In this document: positions 11,861 to 29,172 of the stretch, piece by piece | Position numbering within the stretch: position 1 is the stretch's first letter | How the letters are laid out: every line of letters starts with the position of its first letter | From: Octopus vulgaris | Taxonomy: Eukaryota | Assembly: GCA_951406725.2 (NCBI GenBank) | Contig: OX597837.1 | Coordinates: 6,820,001-6,884,000, forward strand | Direction of reading: 5' to 3' | Length of the DNA stretch: 64,000 nucleotides | Made by a program: the position numbers and the translations under genes | The notes under the pieces: generated by a model | What the model was told of the DNA's origin: nothing | Seen by the model: the letters and a program-made list of their open reading frames with translations, nothing else | Databases searched by the model: none

Positions 11861-11914
<54 letters not shown>

Positions 11915-12021
11915 TGTCTATCTATCTATCTATCTATCTATCTGTTGATCTATCTATCACTCAATCAATCAATCCATCTATCTATCTGTCTGTCTGTCTA
12001 TCTATGTCTTAAATAGAAAGC

Positions 12022-12132
<111 letters not shown>

Positions 12133-12635
12133 CGAAAAGTTTCTTTGAGTGTCCGACTACCAAATCCACTCACAACGGTTCTGTCGGCCTGAGGCTGTAG
12201 TTGACGACTTTAGCCCAAGGTGTCATGCAGGGTGACTGAACCCGGAACCGGTGGTTGAGAAGCAAACAGCCATGCCTATGGTGAGAAACAAACCACACAA
12301 CCATGGCTCTATGTGCGCATGTGTGAGTGCGTTTCCCTGTGCTTGTTTGTTTATAACTAAAGTGCGTAGTGACGTCCAATCACCTCTTTGCACAACCTTG
12401 TCTTCTTTACAGAAGTTCTTCTTTCCTATCTCTATGAGAAGAGATTGCTGGTGGAGATAAGGTTAGTCGCTTCATAAGCTTCTTTGCGTTGCTTCTTAAA
12501 GAATTTATAAGGAAAAACGTTGTTATTCTTTGGTTATATTTGTTCCACTTTATTATTCCTGTCTTTTTTTGCTTGTCCTTTTCTTTTTCGATGATTTATT
12601 ATTAGTATTTTTACTTTCTTTTTTCAGATGTGGTG

Positions 12636-12667
12636 TCAGCATCAGCATCATCATCATCATCATCATC

Positions 12668-12717
<50 letters not shown>

Positions 12718-12861
12718 TATCATCATTGTCATTAACGATTTTGTTGTTGTCGTTGATGTTATTACCATCACATCTTCATCACCACGTCCACCAACCTCGC
12801 CATCGGAACCATCAACGTCATATTTATCATCATCATCGCCATCATCATCATCATCACTGTT

Positions 12862-12915
<54 letters not shown>

Positions 12916-12934
12916 GACATCGCCATCATCATCG

Positions 12935-12992
<58 letters not shown>

Positions 12993-13316
12993 TATTATTA
13001 TTATCGTCACTATTATTACTATTATTGGGCAGTGTGGCATCTTTATTTTTATCTATTATGTTGCAGAAAACGATTCTTTGATGACAAAAATATATGCATA
13101 CACGAAAACAAAGCACAAAAGACAAACACAATGAAAGCGAAAACATATATATATGTATACATATACATACGTACATATATATTAAAATATATATACATAC
13201 ATATATATATATGTGTGTGAGTGTGTGTGTGTATGCATACACACATGTATGTACATGTATAAAAAAGAACAATACAAAATATAGAAACAAATGTAATAAT
13301 AATAATAATAGTAATG

Positions 13317-13361
<45 letters not shown>

Positions 13362-13380
13362 GTAAAAATAATAATAATAA

Positions 13381-13412
<32 letters not shown>

Positions 13413-13458
13413 TAATAATAAAAATAATAATAATAAAATTAATAGTAATAATAATGAT

Positions 13459-13496
<38 letters not shown>

Positions 13497-13524
13497 TAAT
13501 AATAATAATAATATTAATGATAAT

Positions 13525-13559
<35 letters not shown>

Positions 13560-13582
13560 TAATAATAATAATAATATTAATG

Positions 13583-13640
<58 letters not shown>

Positions 13641-13674
13641 AATGATAATAATAATAATAATATTAATGATAATT

Positions 13675-13705
<31 letters not shown>

Positions 13706-13740
13706 TAATAATAATAATAATATTAATGATATAATAATAA
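12636..13740. repeat. (CAT)n and (AAT)n compound microsatellites
   Basis: Direct reading. Confidence 0.9.
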
Positions 13741-14167
13741 TGCTGTTGATGGTAATATGAGTGAATGACAAAATATTTCAATAATGATCAACAGGAAAAA
13801 AAAGGAAGTGCTGGGGTGGGGACTGGTGGGGTGGGGTGGAAAGAATCGACCAAACACCTCACAGACGACATCACCTAGCAACTAGCAGAAATGGAGGATT
13901 AAGATAAACCGTTTTTAGATTACGTAGTCTTTTTTCCTTTTCAATTTCTTTTATTTTTATTTTTGCGGATAAGTTTTATTCTATTTTATATTATCATTTT
14001 TTTTTTGTGTGTTTTTGTATTGGTTTTGGAAGTGTTAGAGAGCGGGCTGTTTGGTCAATTAATGATTTTATTTATGTAGTTTTTTTCTCTAATTCTGTTT
14101 GTTTTCGTAGTAAAATATTCCTAACCATTTTCTTTATCTATTTATAATGTTTTATAATGGCCTGTTA

Positions 14168-14266
<99 letters not shown>

Positions 14267-14302
14267 ATAGATATATATATATACATATGTATATATATAC
14301 AC

Positions 14303-14368
<66 letters not shown>

Positions 14369-14622
14369 GCATTCTTTATTTTTTAAACGTTCTAAATGTT
14401 TTATTTGAGACCAAAAAAACAAGCATAGTTATTTAACGTCGTCGATAACTAAATGCTTCGTTTAATTTTACGAGAACGCCGATGGACAGATCAATTGCTG
14501 TGCTGTCCGGAGAGGAAGAGAGGAAGGAGGAAAGAGAGGAGGAGAAAGAGCAGGAGGAGTAAGTCGGCGTCGGAGTAGGGACAATTATCAGTTCTTTGAT
14601 TTAACAACCACCACTACTACTA

Positions 14623-14695
<73 letters not shown>

Positions 14696-14813
14696 TGCCC
14701 TGATGCAGTACCTTTCCACACCACCACCAATCCACACCCACACCCCACTGCTTCCTTTTTTCTGTTAATCATTATTGAAATATTTTGTCATTCACTCATG
14801 TTACCATCATCAG

Positions 14814-14909
<96 letters not shown>

Positions 14910-14914
14910 AATTA

Positions 14915-15480
14915 TTAAGATGAGAAGCCATGAAATTGCTCAAACAATTAACAATGCCATCAGCAAAAATGACCGTCCTGAAATAAACTTAGAAAATCCC
15001 TTTGTTATGGAATACATTCATAGACACCAACTCAAGGAATAGTGGTGGAATATTCCCATCAAAGGTTCTGTTGAACGTAATCATAACAGGGCGGATATTG
15101 TTGTTTGAGACAGAGGGACAAAGGTACCATCATAGAGCAGATATAAATATGTTTTTGAAAATCAAATAAAAAGAGATCTATGGACAACTGTTTCGAAATC
15201 TTCAGCTTCTATATCCTGACTATTAATTCATATTCATTCCAATAATAATTGGAGCACTAGGTAAATGCCTAAAGGAGAATCTGGATAATCTGGGATTTTC
15301 AGAAAGAGAAATCGACTGGCTAATTCGTACATTACAAGTCCAGTCTGTGAGTGGCAAAGTAAAAATATGCAAGACTTTTCTCAAGTTCCAAATGTGAATT
15401 TGTCCGTGTTAACTACATCCCAAAGATGGAGCCATGAATCTTTGCTGGAAACCGGCTCCCTCTTCAATGGGAGATTTATA
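14915..15480 (+). pseudogene. 3' fragment of R4/Dong-like non-LTR retrotransposon (restriction-like endonuclease region)
   Basis: Disrupted translation WWNIPIK..HNRADIVV*D..YGQLFRNLQLLYPDY*FIFIPIIIGALG. It follows an (ATT)n/(ACT)n tract. Confidence 0.7.
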
Positions 15481-16084
15481 ATAATTAAAGAATAGAAGTG
15501 ACATACATACATCTATAGATACATATATACGACGTCCCTCTGTCTACCAAATTACCTCCAAACACACTAAACAGTGGCTGAAGACACTTAACGATGTGTG
15601 GGACATTGGCATTGAACTTGAAACTACATGGTAGCTGAAAAAGCTTCGAAACCTTATATTCCTAACGGAGTCAGTAAATATACGCAGCTATAAAACTTGT
15701 GGCTTTGCGCTTATGAACAGAAAGTATAAGTCTTTCTAATGTCATAAGGTTCGAAAACGAATAAAAAAAAGTAAAATAAAAGGAAAGTTAAACAGGAAGG
15801 AACGAATACATCACACGTATGAGTGTTGCAAACATGTAGCAGTATACTTCCATGGGGAGTGAGAGAGAGCATCTCTTAATTTCTGATGAATAGCAGTGGT
15901 TATTTAGAAATGGAGACATGCTCACTTTTCAGTTATATATCACTGGATGCGGCTTTGTGTGTAGAAAACGTTAACAGTTAAGTCGACTAACCGTATTTTG
16001 CTTCTTGTAAATTGAAGCGCTGCATATATATATAATTGTAGATATAGATAAATAGATAGATAAATAGATGAGAGATAGATAGAG

Positions 16085-16133
<49 letters not shown>

Positions 16134-16210
16134 TAGATAGATAGATAAATAGATAGATAGACAGATATAAATAGATGTATATACATACATGCATATATGT
16201 ATTTATATGA

Positions 16211-16245
<35 letters not shown>

Positions 16246-16516
16246 CAAATCTGTGCGTGTATATATATATACAAATCTGTGCGTGTATATATATATACAC
16301 ACAAATGTGTGTATATGTATATATATATATATATATACATATATATTTTTACATACATACATATATATAATTAGATAGAGAGAAATTGATATAGGTGTAT
16401 ATACAGATCATATATATGATAGATGTGTGTATGTGTGTGTGCTATGCATTTATACCTAAGCAAGTGTGTGCGTGTGTACTATAAATCTATATGATTAGCA
16501 TTTATTTTTATATACA

Positions 16517-16555
<39 letters not shown>

Positions 16556-16625
16556 TTACATACGTACATATATACACATATTTATATATGTATATAGACT
16601 CGCATATATCTATATATGTATAAAT

Positions 16626-16710
<85 letters not shown>

Positions 16711-16716
16711 ATATAT

Positions 16717-16808
<92 letters not shown>

Positions 16809-17458
16809 ATATGAATATATCAAAAGCGATAAATTTTCAAACGTGCGCATGCTTATACTGACACATTTAACCAACCAACGTTTCGTAAACATGTTTGCTT
16901 CTTGTTATTAACAAAGTCCCTTGCTTTTTACACTTTAACTCAATTTTCTCCGGCCGCCATCTTGTTTTCTCTTCTCAACATATTCTCACTTCAAAAGATG
17001 CACAAAATCAAAATATATGATTACAGTTCGTTAGTTTCCATTTGGGATGGTTTAATGTTTAAATATCATTTTGAAATCTTTGCTTTTCTCTGTTGAGGCA
17101 GATTGGTGTTGATTTTCTTGTTTGTTTTTGGAGATCTTTTAAAAATATTTTTCAGAGAAAGCTGTCGGTGAATGGAACGATAGGATTGGAGTAAAAAGAC
17201 AAAAAAATCGATGGTGTATTTTGGGGCGGTAAAAAGTATGCAGTGTATTAGAAGGCGAATATTGGTATCGGTATGAGTGAAGTAGGGAAGATGACGTGGG
17301 GCTTTGGCAGAAGTGATAGCGGATCTGGAGAGAAGCGATAGTGATTTGATTTTATTCCATTTTAACTTTTACCGTTTGTTTCCTTCAGGCGTTGCACTCT
17401 GCGGCCATACTGGGGCACCACCTTGGAGAATTCTAGTCGAACGAATCAACGCCAGCAC

Positions 17459-17497
<39 letters not shown>

Positions 17498-17504
17498 TTT
17501 TTAC

Positions 17505-17826
17505 TTACGCTTACCAACCACATGGTTCCGGGTTCAGTCCCACTGCGTGTCGTCTACTATAGCCTCGAGCTGACCAAAGCCTTCTGGGTGGATTTGGTAG
17601 ACGGAAACTGAAAGAAGCCCGTCGTATATATGTATATATATATGTGTGTGTGTGTGCGCGTGTATGTTTGTGTGTCTGTGTTTGTCTCCCTAGCATTGTT
17701 TGACAACCGATGCTGGTGTGTTTATGTACCTGTCACTTAGCGGTTCGACAAAAAGAGACCAATAGAATAAGTACTGCTCCAGCATGGCCGCAGTCAAATG
17801 ACTGAAACAAGTAAAAGAGTAAAAGA
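17505..17826 (+). mobile_element. SINE family A, 5'-truncated
   Basis: Shared body and tail ...gactgaaacaagtaaaagagt. Confidence 0.8.
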
Positions 17827-17848
17827 GTATATGCACGTATAGATGTAT

Positions 17849-17886
<38 letters not shown>

Positions 17887-18639
17887 TTATATATATATAT
17901 ATATACACATATATATTATTTAAATTATTATAAGATTGAATGCCACGCATCCTCTTCCAAGTATGTTTTATCTAAATAATTCTGATTGTTTTCTACTGTC
18001 TTTTTACTCTTTCGTTTTTCACTCTTTCTCTCTCTTATTCTTTTACCTCCTCTTTTCCCATTATTCTATGCTATTACTCTTTCGTTTTTTTTTCTATCTT
18101 CCTTTCTCCCCTTTTCCCCTCCAGCTTTTTTCACCTATCCAATCTCCAATATTTTCCTCTCACCTCCAAAGTTCTCAGTCTGTCACTCTCTCTCCCTCAC
18201 TCCTCCTCCCTTGCTCACGTGGCCACAACGTGACCATCGGCCATCTTTCTCCTAACTTGTATTTCTTTCTTTCTGCTGTAGCCGAATCAAAGAAGACGTG
18301 CTCTTGTCTGTCTCCTGTCCAAGCTTGATTTCAGCGTTCGGCACCACAATCTCGTTTGGGCTTAGCAGACCTTCCTGTTTGTTTTTACTGTCCTGTTTGT
18401 GTTACCAATTTTGACACAGAAGACTTTGGTTGGCCCGTGGCTATAGTAGAAAATAGTTGCCCAAGGTGCCATGCAATGGAACTGAACACAGAACCATGTG
18501 GTCGGGAAAGAAGTTTCTTACTACACAGTCATGTCCGAATCGTTCTTGCTTTTTCATATCTTTTTTATTTATTTTTTATATTTTTTTCTTGAGCGTAATG
18601 GTGGTGGACGGAAGGAAAATCTTTAAAAAATACATATAT

Positions 18640-18937
18640 AGGCGCAGGAGTGGCTGTGTGGTAAGTAGCTTGCTTACCAACCACATGGTTTCGGGTTCAG
18701 TCCCACTGCGTGGCATCTTGGGCAAGTGTTTGTGTGTCTGTGTTTATCCCCCTAGCATTGTTTGACGACCGATGCTGGTGTGTTTACGTCCCCGTCACCT
18801 GGTTCGGCAAAAGAGACCGATAGAATAAGTACTAGGCTTACAAAAGAATAAGTCCCGGGGTCGATTTGCTCGACTAAAGGCGGTGCTCAAGCATGGCCGC
18901 AGTCAAATGACTGAAACAAGTAAAAGAGTAAAAGAGT
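18640..18937 (+). mobile_element. SINE family A with internal deletion
   Basis: Head and tail match the copy at 35717. Confidence 0.85.
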
Positions 18938-19419
18938 ATATAAATTTTAATGGCGAGTTTTTTTTCGGTGGCTAAAACAAAGACATATAGTGCGATGTGT
19001 CAGAGCGGGAAAATATCGCTTGGTGTGAACGCAGTAGAGCAACGGTGCGATCTTCGGAGGCAGAAGAGAAGCAATACTGGGTTTTGGCGAGAAGAAAATA
19101 GCAAAGCTAAACGGATGGGAGAGAAATCATAACAAATTCAAATCGAAGCGTTATACCGTTCGCGATTGTGTAAATGGATGTGACGGAATTAAATGGTGGA
19201 TATGAAGCTTGTTCGTGTTTTCTTCCGATGTTTTCCGTTTGTTCTTTTCGCTGTTTTTTTTTTTCTTGATATTTTTGAAAAATAGCGTTTTGTCTTTTAT
19301 TAAACAGTTTTTTTTTTTCTTTTTGCCCCCTCGAGAGTCTCTCTTTGACAAGATATCATATATCTCATTTTGACAATATATCACACATCTCATTTTCTTT
19401 CGTTCAGATTTTCAAAAGT

Positions 19420-22430
<3,011 letters not shown>

Positions 22431-23269
22431 CCGTGACCTTTGCGGTTCGGCTAAACAAGAACGATAGAATGAATAACCAAACGCTAAAACAAAACCAAAA
22501 ATAAACAAAAATGGAGGAAAAAATAAGAACTAGAGGACAATTCGCTTAAAACAAAACAAAAAGATCCCCAAAAAATCAAGGGCAAGCAAAAACTCTTCGA
22601 GGTGATGCCCCAATATGGCCGCATTCCAATGAGTAAAACCAGCGAAAGACGGAAGATAACAGCAGATAAGTAGGTGTGACCATACGTGAACATGGCTACA
22701 TATCTGGATATTTTTACGGCCGTCTTAGAAGCTTCCATTACTACAGAGCGCACACAAGACGGACTCGTAATCACTGGTCTTCTGTAAACTGCTCATTAGA
22801 TTAAAATGAAGAACCTACTTGGAGGTGAAATGAAGAATTTCAACCAGTTCAATGAGATTGATTAATGATGTACAAACAAATCTTGGATAATTATAGAGGA
22901 ATTAACGAACGGTTGAAGACATTTCGCATTCATAATTGTTGATTTGACAGATAGGCGTACTATAAATATACATGCGAGTGTGTGTGTGTGTGGGAGAGAG
23001 TGTTTGTGTCTGTGCGAGTGTGTGTGTGTGCATATGGGTGTGTGTGTAAGAGAGGGAGAAGGAGACGGTGTGTGTGTATACTTGTATGTTTGTGCGAGTG
23101 TGTGTGTCTGTGAGAGAGAGGGGGGAGACGGTGTGTGTGTGTGTATACTTGTGTGTCTGTGCGAGTTTGTGTCCACATGGGTGTATGTGTGTGAGAGAAA
23201 GAGAGAAAAGAGAAAGTCACGGTTTGTGTGTCTGTGCGAGTGTGTGTCTGTGTCTGTGCATAAGAGTGC

Positions 23270-23300
<31 letters not shown>

Positions 23301-23495
23301 GGTGCGCGTTTGTGCGACTGTGTGTGAGAGTCTGTATTTGTGTCTGTATATATGTATGTCTGTACATATGAGTTTGAGCGTGTGTGTGTGCGTGAGAGAG
23401 AGAGACAATTTGTGTGAGTGTGTGTGTGCGCGTGTGTCTGCGTTTGTGTGTATGTGTGTGCTTGTGCGGGATGTGTGTAAGTATGTCATGTGTGA

Positions 23496-23526
<31 letters not shown>

Positions 23527-23901
23527 CGCGCGCGTGTGCATGTATTTGTGTGTGTGTGCATGCGTACATTTATAGATTTATAAAGTACGAACGTGAGTTT
23601 CTTTCATTATATCTAAAATTTCCTTCCATAGTTTAGGTTCCGAAAAGCTCAACAGACGAACTTCTTTCACAATGTCCGCCATTTCGTTCCGTATATAACA
23701 TAGTTACAAACCTAACAATTCAATTTATTTTGTTAAGTTAAAATTTTCGTTCCGTGGTTAACGTTATTCTCAAACGTAACTCTCAAGCATAAGACGTGAC
23801 AAGCAACGGAATATGAAAAGATAAAATTACTGTAACACCATCGACAGTCTGGACACTGATAGTCCAAAAACTCTAACAAACTGCTCTAGTTTCCTAACGG
23901 T

Positions 23902-24448
23902 GGAGGCACATGGCCTAGTGGTTAGAGCAGCGGATTCGCGGTCGAGGGATCGCTGGTTCGAAATCTCAGACCGGACGATGTGTGTGTTTATGAGCGAAAA
24001 CACCTAAGCCCCACGCGGCTCCGGCAGAAGATAATGGCGAGACTTCTGCTGACTCTTTCGCCACAACTTTCTCTCACTCTTTCCTCCTGCATTTTGCAGC
24101 TCACCTCACCTGCGATGGACCGGCGTGCCGTCCAGGTGGGGAACCTATACGCCAAGAAACCGGGAAACTGGCCCTTATGAGCCAGGCATGGCTCGAGAAG
24201 GAACAAACAACAACAGAACACAGTGGCATATATATATGCACCTAAGCTCCACTCGGCTCCGGCAGAAGGTAATGGCGAAACTTCGGCTGACTCTTTTGCC
24301 ATAACTATCTCTCACTCTTTCCTCCTGCATCTTGTAGCTCACCAGTGACGGACCGGTGTGCCGTCCAGGTGGGGAACCTATACGCCAAGAAACCGGGAAA
24401 CCAGCCCTTATGAGCCAGGGATGACTCGAGAAGGAACAAACTATATGT

Positions 24449-24509
<61 letters not shown>

Positions 24510-24820
24510 TGTGTGTGTAGGCATATGGCTTAGTGGTTAGAGCAGCAGACTCGCGGTCGAGGGATCGCTGGTTCAAAATCTCAGACCAGAAGATGTGTGT
24601 GTTTATGAGCGAAACACATGAGCTCCACGCGGCTCCGGCAGAAGGTAATGGCGAGACTTCTGCTGACTCTTTCGCCACAGCTTTCTCTTACTCTTTCCTC
24701 CTGCATCTTGCAGCTCAGCTCACCTGCCATGGACCGGCGTGCCGTCCAGGTGGGGAACCTATACGCCAAGAAACCGGGAAACCGGCCCTTATGAGCCAGG
24801 CGTGGCTCGAGAAGGAACAA
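23902..24820 (+). mobile_element. Three tandem copies of tRNA-derived SINE family B (23902-24213, 24238-24440, 24518-24820)
   Basis: Head ggaggcacatggcctagtggttagagcagcggattcgcgg...ggttcgaaatc and repeated bodies. Confidence 0.85.
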
Positions 24821-26683
24821 ATAACAATTGCCTAACAGGAACTTCAAATTTCCATGCTCCGCAGACAAAATACAGATACCTTTCACAGATTAGTACGCTG
24901 CCCTGTGCTGTATTAATGAACTTGTAGTATTTATGCTAATTCCGTTAGGTTGACTTTGCCTTTCATCATTTCGAGATCGATAAAATAAGTACCAGTTGAG
25001 CACTAGGGTCGATGTAATCGACTTAGCCCCTCTGGGCCAAAATTTGAAAAAGGCGATGAGCTGGTTGAATTGTTACAAGGCCGAGCAAAATGCTTAGCAG
25101 CATTTCGTCCTTATTTATGTTCTGAGTTCAAATTCCGTCGGGGTCGACTTAGCTTTTCATCCTTTCAGGGTCGACTTAGCTTCTCATCCTTTAAGGGTCG
25201 ATAAATTACGTACCAGTGAAACACTGGTGTTGATATAATCGACTGGTCCCTTCCCCACAAATTTCAGGGTTGTGCCTATAATAGAAAGGATTATTTATAC
25301 TAGTGTACACGGACTTGTATTTTATTTAATTATTTAACTAATTACCCTGGACTAATTACGCTCACAGGATTACCCTGTCAAATGTAATGCTTCTTTATTC
25401 ACATTGTTTTAAATGAATCATGCATTATTTGGAGACTACAATCCAACCATCAAGACATGCGTATTTTTACAATGGCATTGCAGGTTAAATGTGAGAGGCC
25501 AGATATGGCTACTCGGCCTGAAGAAAAAATCTTGATATAAGATCACAATGTCACGCACATATGGCTGTGATGCATGTAACTGGTGTACACTTATTAGACA
25601 GGTAGCCATGGTGGATATACCGAGCATTAAACAGGTAGGTTACTGGGGATGGATACATTCAGTTTGAATGCTAAATGGTTACGTAAATTTAATATTTGTT
25701 TGATTTCGATTATGATAAAGCAAGTGACCACCACAGGTTCCGAAAAACAAAATCAATAATCTAGAATAGGTTCCAGAAAATCGATGTTCTACCTGTAATA
25801 ATGCAACTTTAACGTATATTTAAATGAAACGAACAACAATTGAGACAGAATGGCGCAATACAAGTTAATGTAAACGGTTGTATTCTAATATCAAAAATAT
25901 TTTGATATAGAGACATAAAATGAAGATGCAATATTTTCTGGTTTAAGCTCTGTTTGACATTTGGAAAAGCTTATGTGATATTTAAAAAGTTCAGATAAAT
26001 TTCTCTAAAGGGATTAGGATATTTTATTTTACGGGATTAAATAATTAGATTGTGGCCATGCTAGAACTCCCATGTCAAGGTCGATATTATATCGACCCAG
26101 GTACTGACTTTTATAGAAATTATAGCACACAGAAGTTACACAACATAAATATAGACATCTGGAACTGTATGAAGTTAACCAGGGACACAGAAATGCACAT
26201 ATACCCTCATTCATACACACATGCAACTTATATGCCAACATCATAGCAGAGGAGAATTTTAGGGAATAGGAGCCGGAAATGCAAGATCACATGATTTCAG
26301 CGCACTGTGATTCTTCAGTGGCAGGTGTTCGATTACTGCATAGCTGCCAAATATCGCTGCAAACGATATATAGCATACCAGTGCCTTTTCAGTCACTAAT
26401 GTTACAAATACCTAGCACATTTATTATAACATATTTATGAGCGACGGAAGCAATATTAATACAAAAATGTTATGTATAAGTCCAACTGAAAGTCCTGGGT
26501 GTGGTTTGCTCGAATAAAAGCCCTTTGCATAAACCACAAAGTAAGAACAGATATTTTGGTATCAATTGATTTCACATTTTCTTAATTGTGAGAAATCGAT
26601 TCTACCTTTACTTAAAAGTGAGAAGTTTGTGGCTTTGTATGTAGTGTTGACACCTATTTCTAGCAAGCTAGAATTTCGGATAT

Positions 26684-26737
<54 letters not shown>

Positions 26738-27205
26738 ATATATACATGTATATATTATGTACATGTATATATTCGTGTGTGTGTGTTTATTCCCCACCAT
26801 CTAGCATGAGCGCAGTCAAATGACTGAAACAAGTAAAAGAGTGTATATATATATATATATATATATATACAGTTTTTATATTAAAGCCGCAAAATCATCA
26901 CAACGATATGTGACTCAGAGTTTAATGTTTCCGTTCCTTGGACAGTTATGATCAAGACTGATCGCAACAGTCCTTGGAACGGAAGCTTGAATCTCTGAGT
27001 CACAGTCTTTCCGGATATTTTTGCAGCTTTAATTAAAAAAAAACATTTTACTCGACCTTCAGTACTCGAGTACTAGCTTTTCCAACTTAATCTGCATTGA
27101 TGTGGTCACTAGTGTGTGTGTGTATGGCCGCAGCACTGAGCTGAAACTAGAAAAAAAAATATATATATATGTGTGTGTGTGTGTGTTTATATACAAACAT
27201 ATATA

Positions 27206-27597
27206 TATGGATGGAAGCACTCCGTCGGTTACGACGATGAGGGTTCCTGTTGATCCGAATCATTGGAACAGCCTGCTCGTGAAATTAACGTGTAAGTGGC
27301 TGAGCACTCCACAGACACGTGCACCCTTAACATAGTTCTCAGGGATATTCAGCGTGACACAGAGAGTGACAAGGCCGGCCCCTTGAAATACAGGTACAAC
27401 AGAAACAGGACGTAAGAGTGGAGTGAGAGAAAGTTGAGGCGAAAGAGTACAACAGGGGTCGCCACCCCCCCTGCCGGAGCCTCGTGGAGCTTTAGGTGTT
27501 TTCGCTCAATAAACACACACAACGCCCGGTCTGGGACTCGAAACCGCGTTCCTCCGACCGCGAGTCCGCTGCCCTAACCAGTGGGCCATTGCGCCTC

Positions 27598-27600
<3 letters not shown>
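27206..27600 (-). mobile_element. SINE family B variant
   Basis: The reverse complement begins gtggaggcgcaatggcccactggttagggcagcggactcgcgg. Confidence 0.85.
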
Positions 27601-27645
<45 letters not shown>

Positions 27646-27984
27646 TATATGCACATACATATGCATATGCATACGCATCCATATTTTCTAGACATGTTTA
27701 GATCTAAATTCGTGTTGCGTAATCTAGGGACTGTCGAGACAAAGTATTAAATATATACAATATATATATACTTATATACACATATAAATATATATGTATA
27801 TATATATACACATAGATACACATATATAATATATATATATGTGTATGTGCATATGTACACATATATAAATATATACATATATATACATTTACATACATGT
27901 ATGTGTATATATGCGTATATACATATATACATATATATATGTACTATATGTACTATGTATATATATAATGTACGCGTGTGTGCT

Positions 27985-28023
<39 letters not shown>

Positions 28024-28561
28024 GCATACATATATATGTATATATATATAGATATGTGTGTGTATACATACGTACATATAGGTGTATAAAGGACGACTTA
28101 TGACTTGAAGCTAGCGCTAACTAGATTTAGTCGGTCGGTCATAGTAGTTTAGTCCTAGAACGCTTTTGGCATCTCTGTTCATTTACCAAGTCTGAGAATC
28201 TCAGACTCTCAGAAACTTTCCAGTATTTCACAGAACAGTTTGTATTTGAAAAGGTTAATTCTTAGAACGACATTTTCCCCAGCTTACATTGTTGCGTGAC
28301 TATTTCGAGAAAGTTGCGATTTGGAATTTTATTAAAATCAAAGAAAATAAGCAAATCGCTTTGACATTTGCCATAAAAATGTTCTTTTTTTCTGTGGTTT
28401 ATTCTTTTTTTTTTTTTTGTTGTATTTGTATTTATGAAATTACGTTTGATGCCTTAAAGAATTCTAAAGAATGTGTGTTTTGCATATATGAACGTATGCG
28501 TGTTTGTTAATGGGTGTGTATGCGTAAATGTATGGTGGGTTGTATGTAACATGGAAGTGTG

Positions 28562-28593
<32 letters not shown>

Positions 28594-28947
28594 TAATATA
28601 ACAATGGAAACACCAGAAGCGAATTGGTTCGTTTGTCAAAGAGCTCTGAAATTGGTGCAAGACCATAATTTTGCAGATGGTCGGTAGTACCGTCATGGAA
28701 CCAACTACTTAACGTATGTCTTCTCCTTGTTCCGCCCCCTCTTCTTCCTTTTTTTCTTTTTCTGTAAATATACTACTACTACCACTACTACAGCTCCTGC
28801 TGCTGCTGCTGCTGCTGCTTCTCTGCTACGACCACCATTATTATAACAACAACTACCACCACCACCACTACTACTACTACTACTGCTTCTTCTCTATTAC
28901 CACCACCATTATAACAACAATTACCACCACCAATACTACTCCTACTT

Positions 28948-28986
<39 letters not shown>

Positions 28987-29074
28987 AGAAGAACAGGAAC
29001 AAGAACAAGAACAAGAAGCAGAAGAAGAAGAAAAGGAAGAAGAAGAACAACAACAACAACATGAAGAAGAAGAA

Positions 29075-29110
<36 letters not shown>

Positions 29111-29137
29111 GAAGAAGAGGAAGAAGAAGAAGAGGAA

Positions 29138-29172
<35 letters not shown>

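Larger units (their letters stand above)
7069..11868 (-). mobile_element. Penelope-like retroelement insertion with inverted pseudo-LTRs, inserted in (TA)n
   Basis: The ORF is flanked by inverted repeats at 7069-7546 and 11346-11824. A ~44-bp tail (11825-11868) extends only the right copy. (TA)n tracts abut both ends. Confidence 0.9.

Noticed and set aside
23902-23975. tRNA gene-like sequences at SINE heads
   Set aside because: They continue into SINE bodies and lack a full cloverleaf and terminator, so they are not tRNA genes.
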